Numbered from the stretch's first letter, positions 48,395 through 61,400 are shown. The stretch is DNA of 64,000 nt from Klebsormidium nitens (GCA_000708835.1 DF237223.1:51269-115268), one strand, 5' to 3'. Made by a program: numbers and translations. Notes: generated by a model not told the origin, from the sequence alone.

Positions 48395-48740
48395 GCGCGT
48401 ACCCACTAGCGGGCGTTTGAAGTCTATTAGAATTTGGTCACGACTGGGTTCACGCGACGAACACGCCACTGGATATCCTTGCAATTGATAGCGCGTACCC
48501 ACTAGCGGGCATTTGGAGTCTATTAGAATTTGGTCACGGCTGGGTACACGCGACGAACACGCCACTCAATATCCTTGCGATTGATAGCGCGTACCCACTA
48601 GCAGGCATGAGGATCTCTAGAAAGAATCGAAAGCTGNNNNNNNNNNNNNNNNNNNNACCACTCAATTTCCTTGCGATTGATAGCGCGTACCCACTAGCAG
48701 GCATGAGGATCTCTAGAAAGAATCGAAAGCTGCCGGGTAC
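48395..48740 (+). repeat. Palindromic cassette array B (4 units, exact 96-bp period; contains a 20-N gap)
   Basis: GCGCGTACCCACTAGC left arms at 48399, 48495, 48591 and 48687, with (C)TGGG(T)TAC-type right arms. The unit is the reverse complement of array A units (gggcatttggagtct versus agactccaaatgccc). Confidence 0.9.
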
Positions 48741-48911
48741 ATGTGCAAAGGGGGGGTGGTGCGTGATTTCGAATTACAGAAGCATCCGCTAGTTGTTGCA
48801 TCCTAATGAGCACTCGGATTACAATTCAACACCTCGTGTGTGCCTTAGGGCAATAACTGATGATGATGTGAGCAGCCTGTGTAGCCTCAGGATAAATACC
48901 TTAAAGGCCTG

Positions 48912-51900
48912 CTAAGACTCGTTGCTACGCCGGGGCGCCGGAATGCTAAGCTCACACTTCACGACTGGGTCGGGCTCCGGGTCGGTCACCTCTGCCAAAA
49001 GGGGGTGGCCCGACGGTCGGGCCAGGAGAGGATCGAAGCTGGACACATCAACCGAATCTAGAAACTCGCGAACCCTGGGCTCGAGCTCAAGCCGATGCTT
49101 CCACCAGATGTGCACTTCCCGGAACTGCAGCTTGGCGAGCTTGCCCATGCGGTCCACCCCGTCAGCGTCCAAAACGAGGGTGTGGTCCTTCTTACCCGCT
49201 CGTGACACCCCCTTCTTGTAGCGCCCCCGGCTCCCCTTGACCTCCCGCAGCCTCACTTGAAGGCCCATGCGACCCCACAGCTTGTTCAGCGCGTCTTGCA
49301 ACCTCTCCCCCGTCCACTCCTCGTTCCGCGGAGGGAATTTGATCCCGCCAAACAGCTCGGACGCCCACTTGCCCGCAATCGAGTCCGCTTCCCGCTTGAA
49401 AAAGGCCGTCTGGAGGAGAGCGTCCCGAAGCCCATCCTTTTTCAACGAACGTGTGGGGTTCGTGTCAAAGGGGTGCTCCAACCCCATCGCTTTGATGACC
49501 TCCCGTGCGACCTTCGCCATCAGCCGGTCGTGCATGACCTTCCCATGCCCCCCCTCCTCAAAATTCTGGTCCACCAGAACCTTGAGGAGAAAGGTCAGCT
49601 CGCCGTAGAAGGGTTGCTTGACACGCTTGCAAGCCAGCGTCACAAAGAAGTCACTGAAGTCCGTCCAGCTCGAGACCTGCTTGAGGCCGTAGAATTTAAG
49701 GCACTCGTATCGCGCGACCGCCAGCTTCTCATCTCCCTCGTCCCGGCCAAAGTTCCGCTTTTCCCTAAGCTCGCTGTACTCGTCAGCCCGGAGAGCCCTG
49801 GCAGAAAACAGCCTCTGAAGGTCGAAAGTGGAGGGGAGGAGCCGCGTCGAGGCACCCTCCTCTTTTGGGAGGACGATCTCGAGCGTGTGACCAGCCTTTG
49901 CGATCTGCGCTCGGAACTCGTGCACGAACCGGGTGTTCGAGTTGCGCCTTTCAACCTCAGTGTGCGCAAGCGTGCGTAGAAAGTCGTGGTCCCTGATGTG
50001 GACAGGTCCCACGTCTTGCGCCCGGACCTTGACAGTCCGCATGAGCTCCGTCCGCTTGGTGTCGCAGAAGGAAAGGTACGCCAGCGTCTCCCGAAGGTAC
50101 ACAGGTCGGGGTGGCCGGAACATGCCCTGCGTAATGAACGAAGGGGCGCTTAATCAAACCAGATCTTTACAACAATTCGACATGAGGACATGTTATGAGC
50201 CTCGTCTCTATGCAACTGTCTGAGCGCACTACTTCAAGCGTCCAATATCATTCGCTCAAAGCCCTCCACTAAAGAGAAAGACCCGGTCAAAAAGCAGACG
50301 CGTGTTGTACCCACAAATACCAGAAGGGATTTTAAGCCAGAGCTTTGGGTTAAACGGGTAATGTACTTTCCTGCTCGAGGGAAGTTGTAATCAGTCCGAC
50401 TGAGGTGCGCATTGATGACACTTGGGCGAAAAAAAAAAAATCAGGTCTTTGAAGTCGCTGCTCCTGGGCGGTTTCATCAGCAGAAAGAGCATGCCAACAC
50501 CGTTGACAAGAATGTCCTGAACGAACGAGCTCACCTTTCGTGTGGGAGCGGGTCGCGACTCCTGGAGCTCCGTTGCAGGGCCAACCCCGATGGTCCCAGC
50601 CTGCGCAGTCGAGAGAGTTACGAATCAGTCTTGCATACAAGCAAGCTCATGAAACACTCAGACCCCAAAGTTCAAGCAGTTGGGGCCTGTCTTGGTCTGT
50701 TTGAAGAGGCTCTGAAGGATGCCCTACAGATGCGGAAAGTGTGACGGCAATCCCACTCGATATAGCGCGTACCCACTGGCGGGCATCGAGATTAGAGGGA
50801 ATCAATGGCCGGCAGTGGGTACACCGTGCTGAAAAGTGTTGGCCATACCACTTAAGATAGCACGTACCCATTGACAGGCATTAGGATTTTAAGAACAAGC
50901 CGCAACAACTGGGTACACTGCGCCGAAAGTGCTGTGAACAAACTCGCAACCAATCTGCATTCTGGCAGCAGTTTGGCACCCGCCACTGACAAGGCTTGCA
51001 CTGAATTGGACAGAGTAGCCGCAATGAGGTCGTGACGAGCACGCCCACCTCTCTCGAAGCACCTGGTGCCGCTTCCGGATCCTCGAGCTCCGTCCCCTCT
51101 TCAAGCTCACCAACCTCGGGCTGCGCGAACTGCACAACAAACAAACAGATATAAGCGCGTAAGCGACTCGACTGCAGAGATCAAGCACTCTAGGCTTGTC
51201 ATGATCGATTTGAAAAAAAGGCATTGAAGGATGCCGACAGACAAAACCGAAGCCACAATTGCATGCGAGAACTAGCTTGGCACTGTCACTGGACGGTTTT
51301 GCACGCGCCAGACCAGAGAAGCCGATACGGGGACGCCCACCTCTCCCAAGGCGCCTGGTGCCGCATCCGAAGCCTCTGCTGCCATGCGCATCTTGATTCG
51401 ACCATCTCCAGGCTGCGCGGAGGGACCAGCCTGCGCAATCGAGGACACAGACTGCAGTGATCGATGAAAGCCAAGCAACCTAGGCCCGTCTTTGTCAGCT
51501 CAAAAGCTCGAAGGCTCTAAAACAATGACGGCAGTCAAAAATTGCAGGCTATTATCCACGAGAACAGCGGAGGGTCAACGCCCGCCAGTCGGTTGCTAAC
51601 AGGGTGCACACGACACTTGAGCTTACCTCTTTCAAAGGATCCGATTCTACCAAAGCCTCAGTTCCCGTCCGCTCCTGGTTCTCATTGTCTCCAGGCTGTG
51701 CGGATGGGCAAGCCTGCGCCAGATCTAGGCACAGGTCATCAAACTTCAGGTGGGGGCCAAACGGCCTGGACCTATCCAGTCAAGTTGCAAGACTCTACGC
51801 TTCGCAGCAGGCATGTTAACAACAACGCTTCACAAATTGATAGCGGGCAGTATTTCTCAAAGCTTGCAGTCGTGAGATGAGGCTAATCTACCTGGATTTG

Positions 51901-54900
51901 CAACAGAGGAGCTTACCTCTTCTGGTCGTCTGACAGCTTCCGGGGGCTCTGCTACCGTGCGCTCCGAGGACAGCCCACCTCTAGAGGCCGCGGCCTGCAG
52001 GAAGGGAAAGAGAACAATTCAAAGGACCTCACACGCGTTCCTTTAAAACAGCTGGAAAGATGAACGCCGAATTGGCAGTTGAATGGAGGTGTGCGCCAGA
52101 TTCTTGAGCCTGCGATTGAAGTTGGCCTTGGTCGATCCACCGACCTGCTCAAAGGGAAGACCCAGGCTCTCGAAAGGGACGTAGACAGCGTCCTCCACCA
52201 GCAGGGAGATGCCCCCCTGAGCGTAGCACAGGATCAGGGGCCGCTCGACGCGTCGCACGCGCAGAGAGGCCTGCCACAGTGCCCGGGCCGTCGTGCTCTT
52301 GAGGCACATGTACAGGTACATTGCGTGGAACCAGTCGTGGTCAAAATTGACCCCGGCCTCGATGCTGGGGCTGTACATGAGGAGCCGCACTTTCCAGTGC
52401 ATGCCCACGTTCTCCAGCTTTCGCATGTCGTCGCCAGAACTGAGGGCCGTATGCACCAAGATGTCGCGCTCCTCAAGGAGCCCCAACTCGAGAACGCGCT
52501 CCCGGATGCTGTTAATCGCATTGGACGACATGCTTGCCACCGCCACGTTTCGCCCTTGCCGGAGATCCTCGAGCAGCTGAGCCTGCCAGGCGTTCGCATC
52601 ACTGCACACCCGGTAGGTCCGGGGCACGGCCGCCCCTCTATCATTGATGACCAACTTTCTGCGGAGGCCTGCCATCTCAAAGAAGTCGTGCTCTCGTTGC
52701 GCATAGCCGTCATCCAGAGCGAGAACCCTGCGGGCGTTCGGGATCAGCTCAAGGAGAAATTCGCTGGTTTCTTGCCCGCGGCGGAGAGTGCTGGAGGAGA
52801 GATGGGCCAAGATGCTCGCAATCTCGTCTACGACCACGAGGTCAAAGGGAGGCACCGGGCCGAAACCGTGCGGCCGAAGCTGGAGCAGACTGTCGACCTG
52901 AACGACGATGTGAGGAAAGAGCTGCCGGTTCTGCAGAGCCGTAAGACTCCACTGCCTGTCAGGGCTGTCCCAACGCTGGTGTTGAAAGTCCGCTTTAAGA
53001 TCGAGGTAGTTGCGGAAACCAGGAAAGCGCTCCTTCAAATCCTTTGCCTGGGCTACGCGGTACGAGATGAAAAGGATTGTCGGAGGACGCCCAGGGTGAG
53101 CACCATTCAGCTCGTGGTAGATGAGATGGCTGGTGAGGCCGGTTTTGTTGGTGCCGACAGTGGAGCGGATGGAGAGCAAGGGGAATTCCGGGACCCAGTC
53201 TCCTCCCAATGAGGGCGGAGACCCAAGCCACCTGTGGAGAAGAGCAGTGGAGTGTCGGAGGACTCTCGAAGATGGCACGACTTGCAGCATATCTCCTTGC
53301 AAGAAAGCCTGGCGTCAGAGCAATCTGGACCCTTAAATTTGGCATCAATTGGCTAGCGGGCGCGTACATCGCAGCCAGACAACGACAACGACGATATGAG
53401 CACGAATGGACTGGTGTTCCGTTCTTCCATCCGCCCCACGAACCGAATTGAAACATAAAAGTTCGACAACCCGAGAACCTAGAAACCCAAGAGAAGCTCT
53501 TCAGCAGACAGGTTTTACCTGGAGGAGAAACGGGAAGACGGGCCGCCTTTGAAGGAGCAAAAGACGTGTTCAAATTGCCTGTCCTCCTGCCAAATTGCAG
53601 ATTGCAATAGTAGAACACTTACTGGTCAATGACGGCGTTCAGCTTTAGCTCGTCAGTTGGGGCAGAGCGCCCCGCTTCCACCGCCGCCAGCTTCTCAGGC
53701 GAGCTTGCGTCCTTGTTTCTCTGCAGAAACGGCACGTCGATGACGACTGCCCCGGCTCGGAAGGTCTCCTCCTCCTCGTACAGGTTGCCCAGAAAGAAGG
53801 CCTTCGAGCGACAGGTGTCGCTCGTGTGCCCCCCCTCCGGGTTCACGCTGAAGCAGAGCGCAAAGATCCGGTTGCCGTCTGGTCCCAGGTGCAGCGTGAG
53901 GTTTTGGTTGTTGTCATGGAGACGCCCGGTGTAGCAGGGCTCCAACCGGTCGGTGTAGTTGTACCGGTCAGGCCCCTCGCGGTATGCGGTGGGGTGCAGC
54001 TTCTCACGAAGAAGGACCAGCATGCGCTCCCGAACGAAGTCGGTGTAGCGCTCGCCCTGCGCTCCAAGTTCTGTCAGCGCGCGCGGCCCTTGCGGCGCCC
54101 GGAGTGCACGAGGCAAGCCAGCGGGTACGACGCACGGCAATTTGATGACCTGCCGCGCCTGCCAAGGGAACAAAAGAGGGTCAGGTCTCCACTTTGTGCG
54201 CATAGGTGCATTGAAGCGCGGCCAAGCATATAGCAAACGCTGAGTCGATCGTCGCACACCACTTTTCTGGTCAGAACGCTCTACAATCTGATCCGAGGAG
54301 CACCTTTTTAGCCGGGAACTCAAAGCAGAATTCTGAGTAGAGCGGACAGGACCAGAGAACTTTAAGCAGCCCTCACCTCGCCGGAGGCAGCCTGTTGTCA
54401 GCCGAAACGAAAGACAATTGGGCAATTGAAGACAAGGACCACCTTTTTGAACGGATACATAAAGAAGACTCCTAATTAGAGCAGACACGACCACAGAAGG
54501 GGCAGACCTCGGCTTGCTGACGGCTTGCAACCGAAATGAAGAAAGTCGGACGGTTTGGAAATCGGTCAAGGCTGAAGCTGCAGCTGCCAAGACGGTAGGA
54601 AATCAGGCGGGAACCTTCGAGGAAAGTGACTGCTTTTCAAAACAATCACAGTCGCTTCTTGAAGGACGAAACAACCGCTTACCCTCGGAGGCTCGAGCCA
54701 CGTCACCAGTCCGTCCCGCCAGGTATGCGCCAGGTTGATGAACTGCAAGGTGCTCTCAGGTTTCTCAACCTTTGAGCACCCAGGGGCGCGCCAATCCCGG
54801 TCCTTGGAGTAGACGCTCAGGTCGATCATCGCCGCCAGATCCGGCGACCACGGCTTGATCTTCTCCTTCAGGCGCTCCGCCAGATGCTTCGCCCCGTCCT

Positions 54901-55432
54901 CGAGATTTGAAGCAAAAACGAACTGGGGGGAAGGTGTGCTTATGACCAGGTGCAGGCTGAACTTTGTCTGGTTCCCACTTGTCAGCCAGACGAAGCTCTT
55001 GCTCGGCAAGGTCAGCCCATAATCGGACTCAAAGCGCGAAGAGATCCACTCTTCCAAGGCGCGAATCACTGCCTCGGTGCTCATCTGCTCCCTGACTCCG
55101 TCGGCTCCGGTCCTGAAGGGATGCCCGTCCTTGCCATCTATGTCCAAGTACGGCTTGCACGGGAAGCCGTGACGGACGATCTCAAAGACGTGCTTATGCC
55201 CTTGAAGATGGGGCTCAGCAATTTCCCAGCTTGGGTACGAGGCAAAGCTGCGGTAAGGGATTGGCCGACCAAGCTCATCGAGCTTCTGAGATGGGGAGTG
55301 CAACACGACCTGCGCTTCGTGATTGAAGAGGCTGGCATGCTGCTGCATGAAGTGCTTGGGACCTGGCAGCGACTTATCCTCCTTTGAGCTTGTCGCATGG
55401 AACAGGGTCGTGCCATGCTTTGCCTTGCGCAC
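48912..55432 (-). CDS. Multi-exon AEP primase - Zn finger - UL9-like origin-binding SF2 helicase - C-terminal domain fusion (core part)
   Basis: Exons: AEP up to donor 54683, Zn exon 54158-53623, helicase 53308-52145, short phase-0 exons 51994-51956, 51451-51341, 51129-51049 and 50600-50535, and last exon 50126-48912. The junction between the Zn exon and the helicase exon is unresolved. Confidence 0.65.
50760..50920 (+). repeat. Palindromic cassette array C (2 units), intronic
   Basis: GTACCCACTG 50769 with CAGTGGGTAC ending at 50822 (54 bp); second unit 50864-50916. Confidence 0.85.
52145..53308 (-). CDS. Herpes UL9/NCLDV origin-binding-protein-like SF2 helicase exon
   Basis: LLSIRSTVGTNKT (variant Walker A), ILFISYRV, IVVQVDSLLQL, FDLVVVDEIASIL (Walker B), VLALDD, LLMYSPSIEAGVNFD and WQASLRVRRV. 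This motif order is typical of the Herpes_ori_bp family. Confidence 0.8.
54683..55432 (-). CDS. AEP (PrimPol/herpes UL52-like) primase catalytic exon
   Basis: HVFEIVRHGFPCKPYLDID (motif I DxD), KFSLHL (motif II SxH), MIDLSVYSKDRDWRAPGCSK (motif III); donor AGG|GTAAGC. Confidence 0.85.
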
Positions 55433-55449
55433 AACGCTGTAAGCCCCGG

Positions 55450-58400
55450 ACTTGAAGACCTCGTTTCCAGTGCAAGCTTCAGATCAGGGCGGGCGGAGGC
55501 ACCCGTATTCCGTCAAAGGAAGCGCTGAGGTCAATCAGGCTGGGCGCTGCGGCGACTCGAGTTGGCGCTGCTGCTGTTGGGGTCGGTTCTTGGACCGGCT
55601 CTTGCTCTTGAGCCTCGGCTCCGTCGCTGCGCAAAATTACAAAGAGAGCCGTTAAAGATTGCTCCCACAGCAGAAAAGCGATTAAAACTAATCAAGAAGC
55701 TAACCCACAACTACATGTGAGCATATGCAGAGGCAATCTGACACAATCTGTGGTCAGAAACAAAGAAACAAGGCACACTGCCAAGAATTGTAATTGAAAC
55801 ACGGTTCTTGATCATTGCTGAAGGACTTCATTGATTGCAGCAACTTCAGTGCTCATACAGTGCTCACATAAACATCAGCAGAAACAGAGTAGAGAAGACC
55901 AGGGGGTGATGGCAAAAGCTCACGTTTCCAAGGTCTCCAAAGCTTGAAAATCTGCAGCAAAGCCATGTCGAGTAGGCGGGGAGGGGGTATCGTGTCGAGC
56001 TGGAGAGGAGGGTGGGCCGAACGTCTCCTCCTCTCGGGCTGCCAAGGTAGCTCTTTGCTGCTGGCACTCCCCAAAGAAATCAGCAACCACCCGCTCCTTC
56101 ATTGCCCTGCGCCTGCTGCGACGGCTGCCCGTGGCCTGCTCGGACAAATCGCGTGCGACTCCAGCTCCTGTAGGACAGAATTGTGAAAAGATTATGATCC
56201 GGGTTTGGAGTAGTAAAGGTTCTGACGGGCTCAGGGAGCTTTTGAAAACTCTGAGGAGAAGCATTGCAAAGGTGTTTCGAACTCTTCTTTCACGCTCGTG
56301 CGCTCGCTCAGGCCCTTTGGCATCCGCGATTCCAGCACCTGCGGGACGAGTCCTGGGGATTTTACATTTTGGGCTCTTTTTGAGATGTGAACGGGGCTGC
56401 AGGTCGGGGCAGAGGAGCAGGACATCAAGGAGCTTTGACCAAGAGACGGCTTTTCAAGACCGAAGTGAAAAGAACAATCCTTCTTTCTCGCTCGCTCAGG
56501 CTGCTCATCTTATGAAGCACTGAATTATCCAGACTATCCAGAATCGACACGGACTTGCTGTAGTTCGCAACCCAACTTTGACCGCGAGTCGTGGCCGCTG
56601 CGAAAGTAAGCTACTCGGACACACTTTCCGAACCCACCCACAAGCTCTGAGGAGCAAAGCGCCCTTTGACAGGGATTTTAAATCTAATCGACCAACCAAC
56701 GTGAGTACTTCTTTTCAAGAAAGGCCAGGGCGGTGAAGCCACGGATCTGCATGCTGGTACCTGATTGGCTGAGAAACTCGGCGTTTCGATGAGGAATTCA
56801 AATCCCCCTGTAACGATAAGCAACTACTATCTTGGGCTAACACGAGACATTACTTAACGTGCTGTCCACCCCCCAGCGCCCTCACCTGCAGCTGGTCGAT
56901 CAGCAGGTTCTGCTCCTGCTTCTCCTTCTCCATCTTGGAGACGGCGTACGTCGTGCGCCGCGTGACCACGATCTCGCCCTTGACCCGCTCCTCCACCTGG
57001 CACAGCGTCGCCCCCAGCCGGTCCAACTGCTCCGCGCACGCGCTCCTCCAGGTCTTCACCGCTGAGCACGAGCAGAGCAAAGGTTGCATCATCTCATGGA
57101 CCACTAACGAGTTCTGCACAAACGATTGCTTTTAGGCGGCACGATGTCAATGTCTGTTGCACGGCAGGTCCGGCTCGTTGATGAGTGGCTTGACACGCAT
57201 TGCGTGTCCCAAAAAGTCAGCGCATGGGCTCACCCGATGCGAGAAGCGACTGTGCCTGCAGCTGGCTCGGCCGCAACGCCGCTGGTACTCTCTGAGACTT
57301 TCACGAGTCTTCTTCTTCTCTTCGAAGGGCCAGCTACCGGAGACACCTGCATAACCCTCTTTAATATCAGTACAAAGATCACGCATGAACAGACTCGGAG
57401 AGGTCAAATTGGCGGTCCATCTCAACGATTCGATCGCAAAGCGTAGATCACACCCTGCGTAGCTCGTACAGAATGAGGTACACTGAGCGCGAAGGAGCCT
57501 GACCCGCTCCGACAGCCTCTTAGTTCCTCCACTCGATGCGGGCGCGTTCATTTGAGCTTCGGCATGTGCAATCAAGGCCTCGAGCGCGGCGCCTACGTCC
57601 AGCCCCCGGGTTGCTGTCTGCAAGCTCAGAGCGAGTTAGCCTCCATCAAGGACTGCCCAGGGAAGTAACGGAAGGAAATGGGGGTTTATGAGATGTGACA
57701 AGTGAAGCGGGGGGAGGGAGGGGGGCGCGTGTTCAGGACTCTCGACTCTCAACCCGACATGATTGACCTATAGAGTTGACCCTGACATGTTTTGGTCAAC
57801 CAGACCTGCAAATCTGGCGCCAGATCCCCTAAACCCTTGAAAATTGCAAGCCAAAAAGCCTAAACTCCTAAAGATCATAAAACCTTGGACCCTAATCACA
57901 ATTGACCCGAAACTCGAGTCACGTGCAATTCGACCCTAAGCTACAACATGGATCCTAATGATGACGGGTAAAAGGGGAGTCAGATTCGCACTCAATTTCG
58001 TGCTCTAGCGACATGCAAAGCGAATCTACAATTAAGCAAAGGGCTGGGCCACACACTTCGTGAGGGATTTGCGTACCTCAGCTCCTAAAGCACCTTTGGA
58101 AAAGTCGGTCAGAGGCGGCATGGGCAGTTCTGCTGCAGGGGGGCCGTCAGCTGTTGGCAGCGCCGCGGCAGGTGCTTCCTGCGCACCATGCAAGGTCGAC
58201 AGTTGTGAGTGAGCTCTAGCTCGCGACCATGGGGCCAACCGAAGGTTGCTTGCACGATTGAAGACAAATTTCAGCCGTCTGGCAGCCGGCAAGTGGTTCC
58301 CAAGGTGGGTGGGCATCCCCAATCCCACTTAGAATGGCGCGTACCCACTGGCGAGCATTGGGATTCTTAGAAAGAGATGGCCGGCAGTGGGTACACCGAG

Positions 58401-61400
58401 CAGGAAGTGCCCAGGCTGTCATGTCTGTCAAGTCCCCACTAGAACGCATTAGGATACTCAAAAAGAAATGGCCGACAGTGGGTACACCAAGCAAAAAGCG
58501 AAAGGCCAGATTTGTGAGAACGGCGCGTACCCACTGGCGCACATTGGGATTCTTGAAAAGAGGTGGCCGGCAGTGGACCGTACACCAAGCAAAACACGGA
58601 CGGCCAGATTTGCGAAGACAGCGCGTACCCACTGGCGCGCATTGGGATTCTTCGAAAGAGATGGCTGGCAGTGGGTACGCTTTAGGTGTGCACCTGTAGG
58701 CGATTCTCAGAAACCCGTGAAAAGTACTCGTCAAAGGACTTCAAAAGTTGTCATCACGTGCGGCCCCCACACTCGAGCCAGAGCAGTTCTCACCATCACT
58801 TCGGGAGCCGCTTCAGTAGGGGCAGCCGACAACAATGGCTCTGTCAGCTGGAGTGCATCAGCCGTGCCGGGGGGGCGCAGGGGGCGCTTCTGCAACTCTG
58901 CCGGCGGGTTCGATCTGCGCACAAGCGAGACAAGCGCAGATGGGCATAAGTACGGCTTTCTGTCGCAATTTGCCAACTCGAAACGGACAGAGCGAGCATG
59001 CACGGTACAGAAAAAGAAGATTCGTACGCAGAGGTTGATGACAAGTCCATACTGCGCTTACTCGCTTTCGCGCATTTGGTCTAATTTTGGGCGCAAGGGC
59101 AAACCTTTGAAGGGACTGGCGCATAGATCCTGAAGAACTGACGAGTGGCAGGACATACCTGCGGATCCGAGGCGTGTTCAGGTAGAGCGGCGGACTGGAG
59201 CGGCTCCGAGGTAGGGGGGGCGTCAGCTGTTGGGAGAGCCGGGGAGGGTGCCAGTGCAGTGCCGCCCTGCGCGTGCGCGAGATGGCCGGCAATGAGTCCA
59301 GATGGAGGGAAAGAGTGACGACCATACCACCCGTCATAGAGCGTACCCACTGGTGGTCAATATGAGTCTAAGAACCAATTCGACAGCACTAGGTACACTG
59401 TGTGAAGGGGCGACGGCCATCCCAGGCAGGATAGAGCGTACCCACTGGCGGGTATTAGACTCTAAGAATCAATTCGTCAGTGCTGGGTACACTTGCAAAA
59501 AGGCCCTGTCGACGGCCATACCACCCGAGATAGAGCGTACCCACTGGCCGACGTTTGAATCTTATAAAGAATTGCCCGCCAATGGGTACACCATACCAGA
59601 CGACCATGCCCCGCAAAAGCTGCTTATACCTAATTGAGCATACCCACTGCGAAATTCTAAGAACGACGAAGAGGCCAGCACTGGGATCATGTGCGCTCAA
59701 ACTACGAACACTTGAGGCCAACGTTTCCACTCAGAAGCTGCTGAGGGCACTCGACACTGACCTGCTCGCCGTCCGGCTCGCCGCCGCCGCCTGACACAAG
59801 CAGCTGCTCCAGCTCCTGGGGCTGGGCCGGCTGGTCTGCAGAGCGGGTTGATGCCTCTGCCCCTTGATTGCGGTTCTGTGCATGAGAAAAGAATGTTCAA
59901 TTGCGACACATAGAAAGGTGCAAGTTTTGCAGTGCGCACGAGCACCATCAATCAGAAAATGCCACAGGCTTGAGGAATCATGCATGCAAAAGAACATTGC
60001 TGTAGACAAAGGCCATACCGACGAGCATTTACCTTCTTCCACTCTTCGAAGAAGCGCTGAGTGTCAGGAGGTTTTGGCCGGGCACTCTCCTGAACCTCCT
60101 GCATGACGAGGATGTCATGAGTGTTCGACGCAATCACTTTCGCTCTCACATACTCGTGAACAGTGACACGAGTGCATTACATGGGAGCACGTGACATGGC
60201 TCTCAGTTTACCGATAGATCGCTGCTTACCTGCCACGGCGGAATGTGGAACTTGGGTCCTTCTGCTAAGCCACTTGGGGTGTACGGCTTCTGATACATTC
60301 CCGGGTTGCTCTCAATTCCCCCAATCATGAGGAGGGTGTCTGCATGGCAGTGACACAACGCTCAAAAAGTGGACACGAGGATGCCCCACGGCCGACAGAT
60401 TTTTGATGCAGGTTTGGCAACATATGCTATTGGCAACATAGCGTGGGATGCCATGCGGTGACTGCGAAACTCTATCCAAGTCCTCACCTATTAGACCCTT
60501 GGTCAGTGGACCTGACGACCAGAACACCTCGGACTCGCCCCAGTAGGCCGGAGAAGCTACAAGAGCGGAGAAGAGCGGAATGGTCAGTCACAAGACTGAC
60601 TGACGCCGCTGATCATTCAATACGGGGCGTATGTAAGTAGGTATACTCAAGTTCAGTGGCTGAAAGAAAGTTAGGAAACAGCCCGCTGCATGCCCACTGA
60701 AAGAAAGTTGGAACACAGCCCGCTGCAAGCCCAAAGCAGGGGCGCTCATCTGAGTTGCAGTAATCTGGCCCAGCATCTTACCCGGCTTTGGATGTCCGAA
60801 AGGAAAAACATGCGCCTTCCCCAGCACCGCCAGATTCTAACACGAGATCAGACGTCGTTGAAAGGAGGGTTTGTCGCTCACCTTGCAATGCGCTCCTCAC
60901 CAGCACGCTCTTCGTGGCAGTCGGCTGAACCCCAAACCTGGCGCTCCCGCTTAAACAGCGCGCACAGGCCTTGTGCGCCGTGGACGGGAGGCTGCCCGGG
61001 CTGCGCCTCGTCATTGGCGGTGTGCTGATGGCAGGCTGCGCCAAGATCGCAGTCCGAGTGAGAGTCGCTGGCGGTCGCACGGGGGACAGTTGCGGTGGGA
61101 CTGTGCTGGGCACTGCGGTCAGCGCACGCGGACTCTGGAAAGGAGGCGCTCAAAGGGGTCAGATGCCAGCAGGGAACCTGCAGTAGTCCTCCGAATCGTG
61201 CGACATGTCAAGGGCATGCACTCTGCCCCGGCCATAGCTGACAAGATCTGTGTATCAAGAAACACCCATTAAAATTCTTAACAAGCAAGAGGTGGTTTCT
61301 TGGTACACGTCCGTGATAAGCTGCAGAGTTGACGTTCCACAAAACGTTCTTCCTTGGAACACTGCTTTTGGGGCGCCGCTTGGAAGACCTCCCAATGTTG

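Noticed and set aside
52079-53212. Long antisense ORFs (52079-53212, 49257-49979, 12691-13374, 1934-2515, 39735-40706, 28412-28906)
   Set aside because: Shadows of GC-rich coding exons on the other strand, with no motifs of their own.
58334-59133. Plus-strand ORFs over the arrays (58334-58699, 58468-59133; also 34747-35037, 59302-59637)
   Set aside because: Their repetitive translations (ARTHWRALG, AYPL) are by-products of the roughly 96-bp repeat, and the frames differ between units.
34690-59690. CRISPR array interpretation of the palindromic arrays
   Set aside because: The segments between arms are homologous to one another rather than unique spacers, the period is about 96-110 bp, the context is eukaryotic and no cas gene is recognisable.
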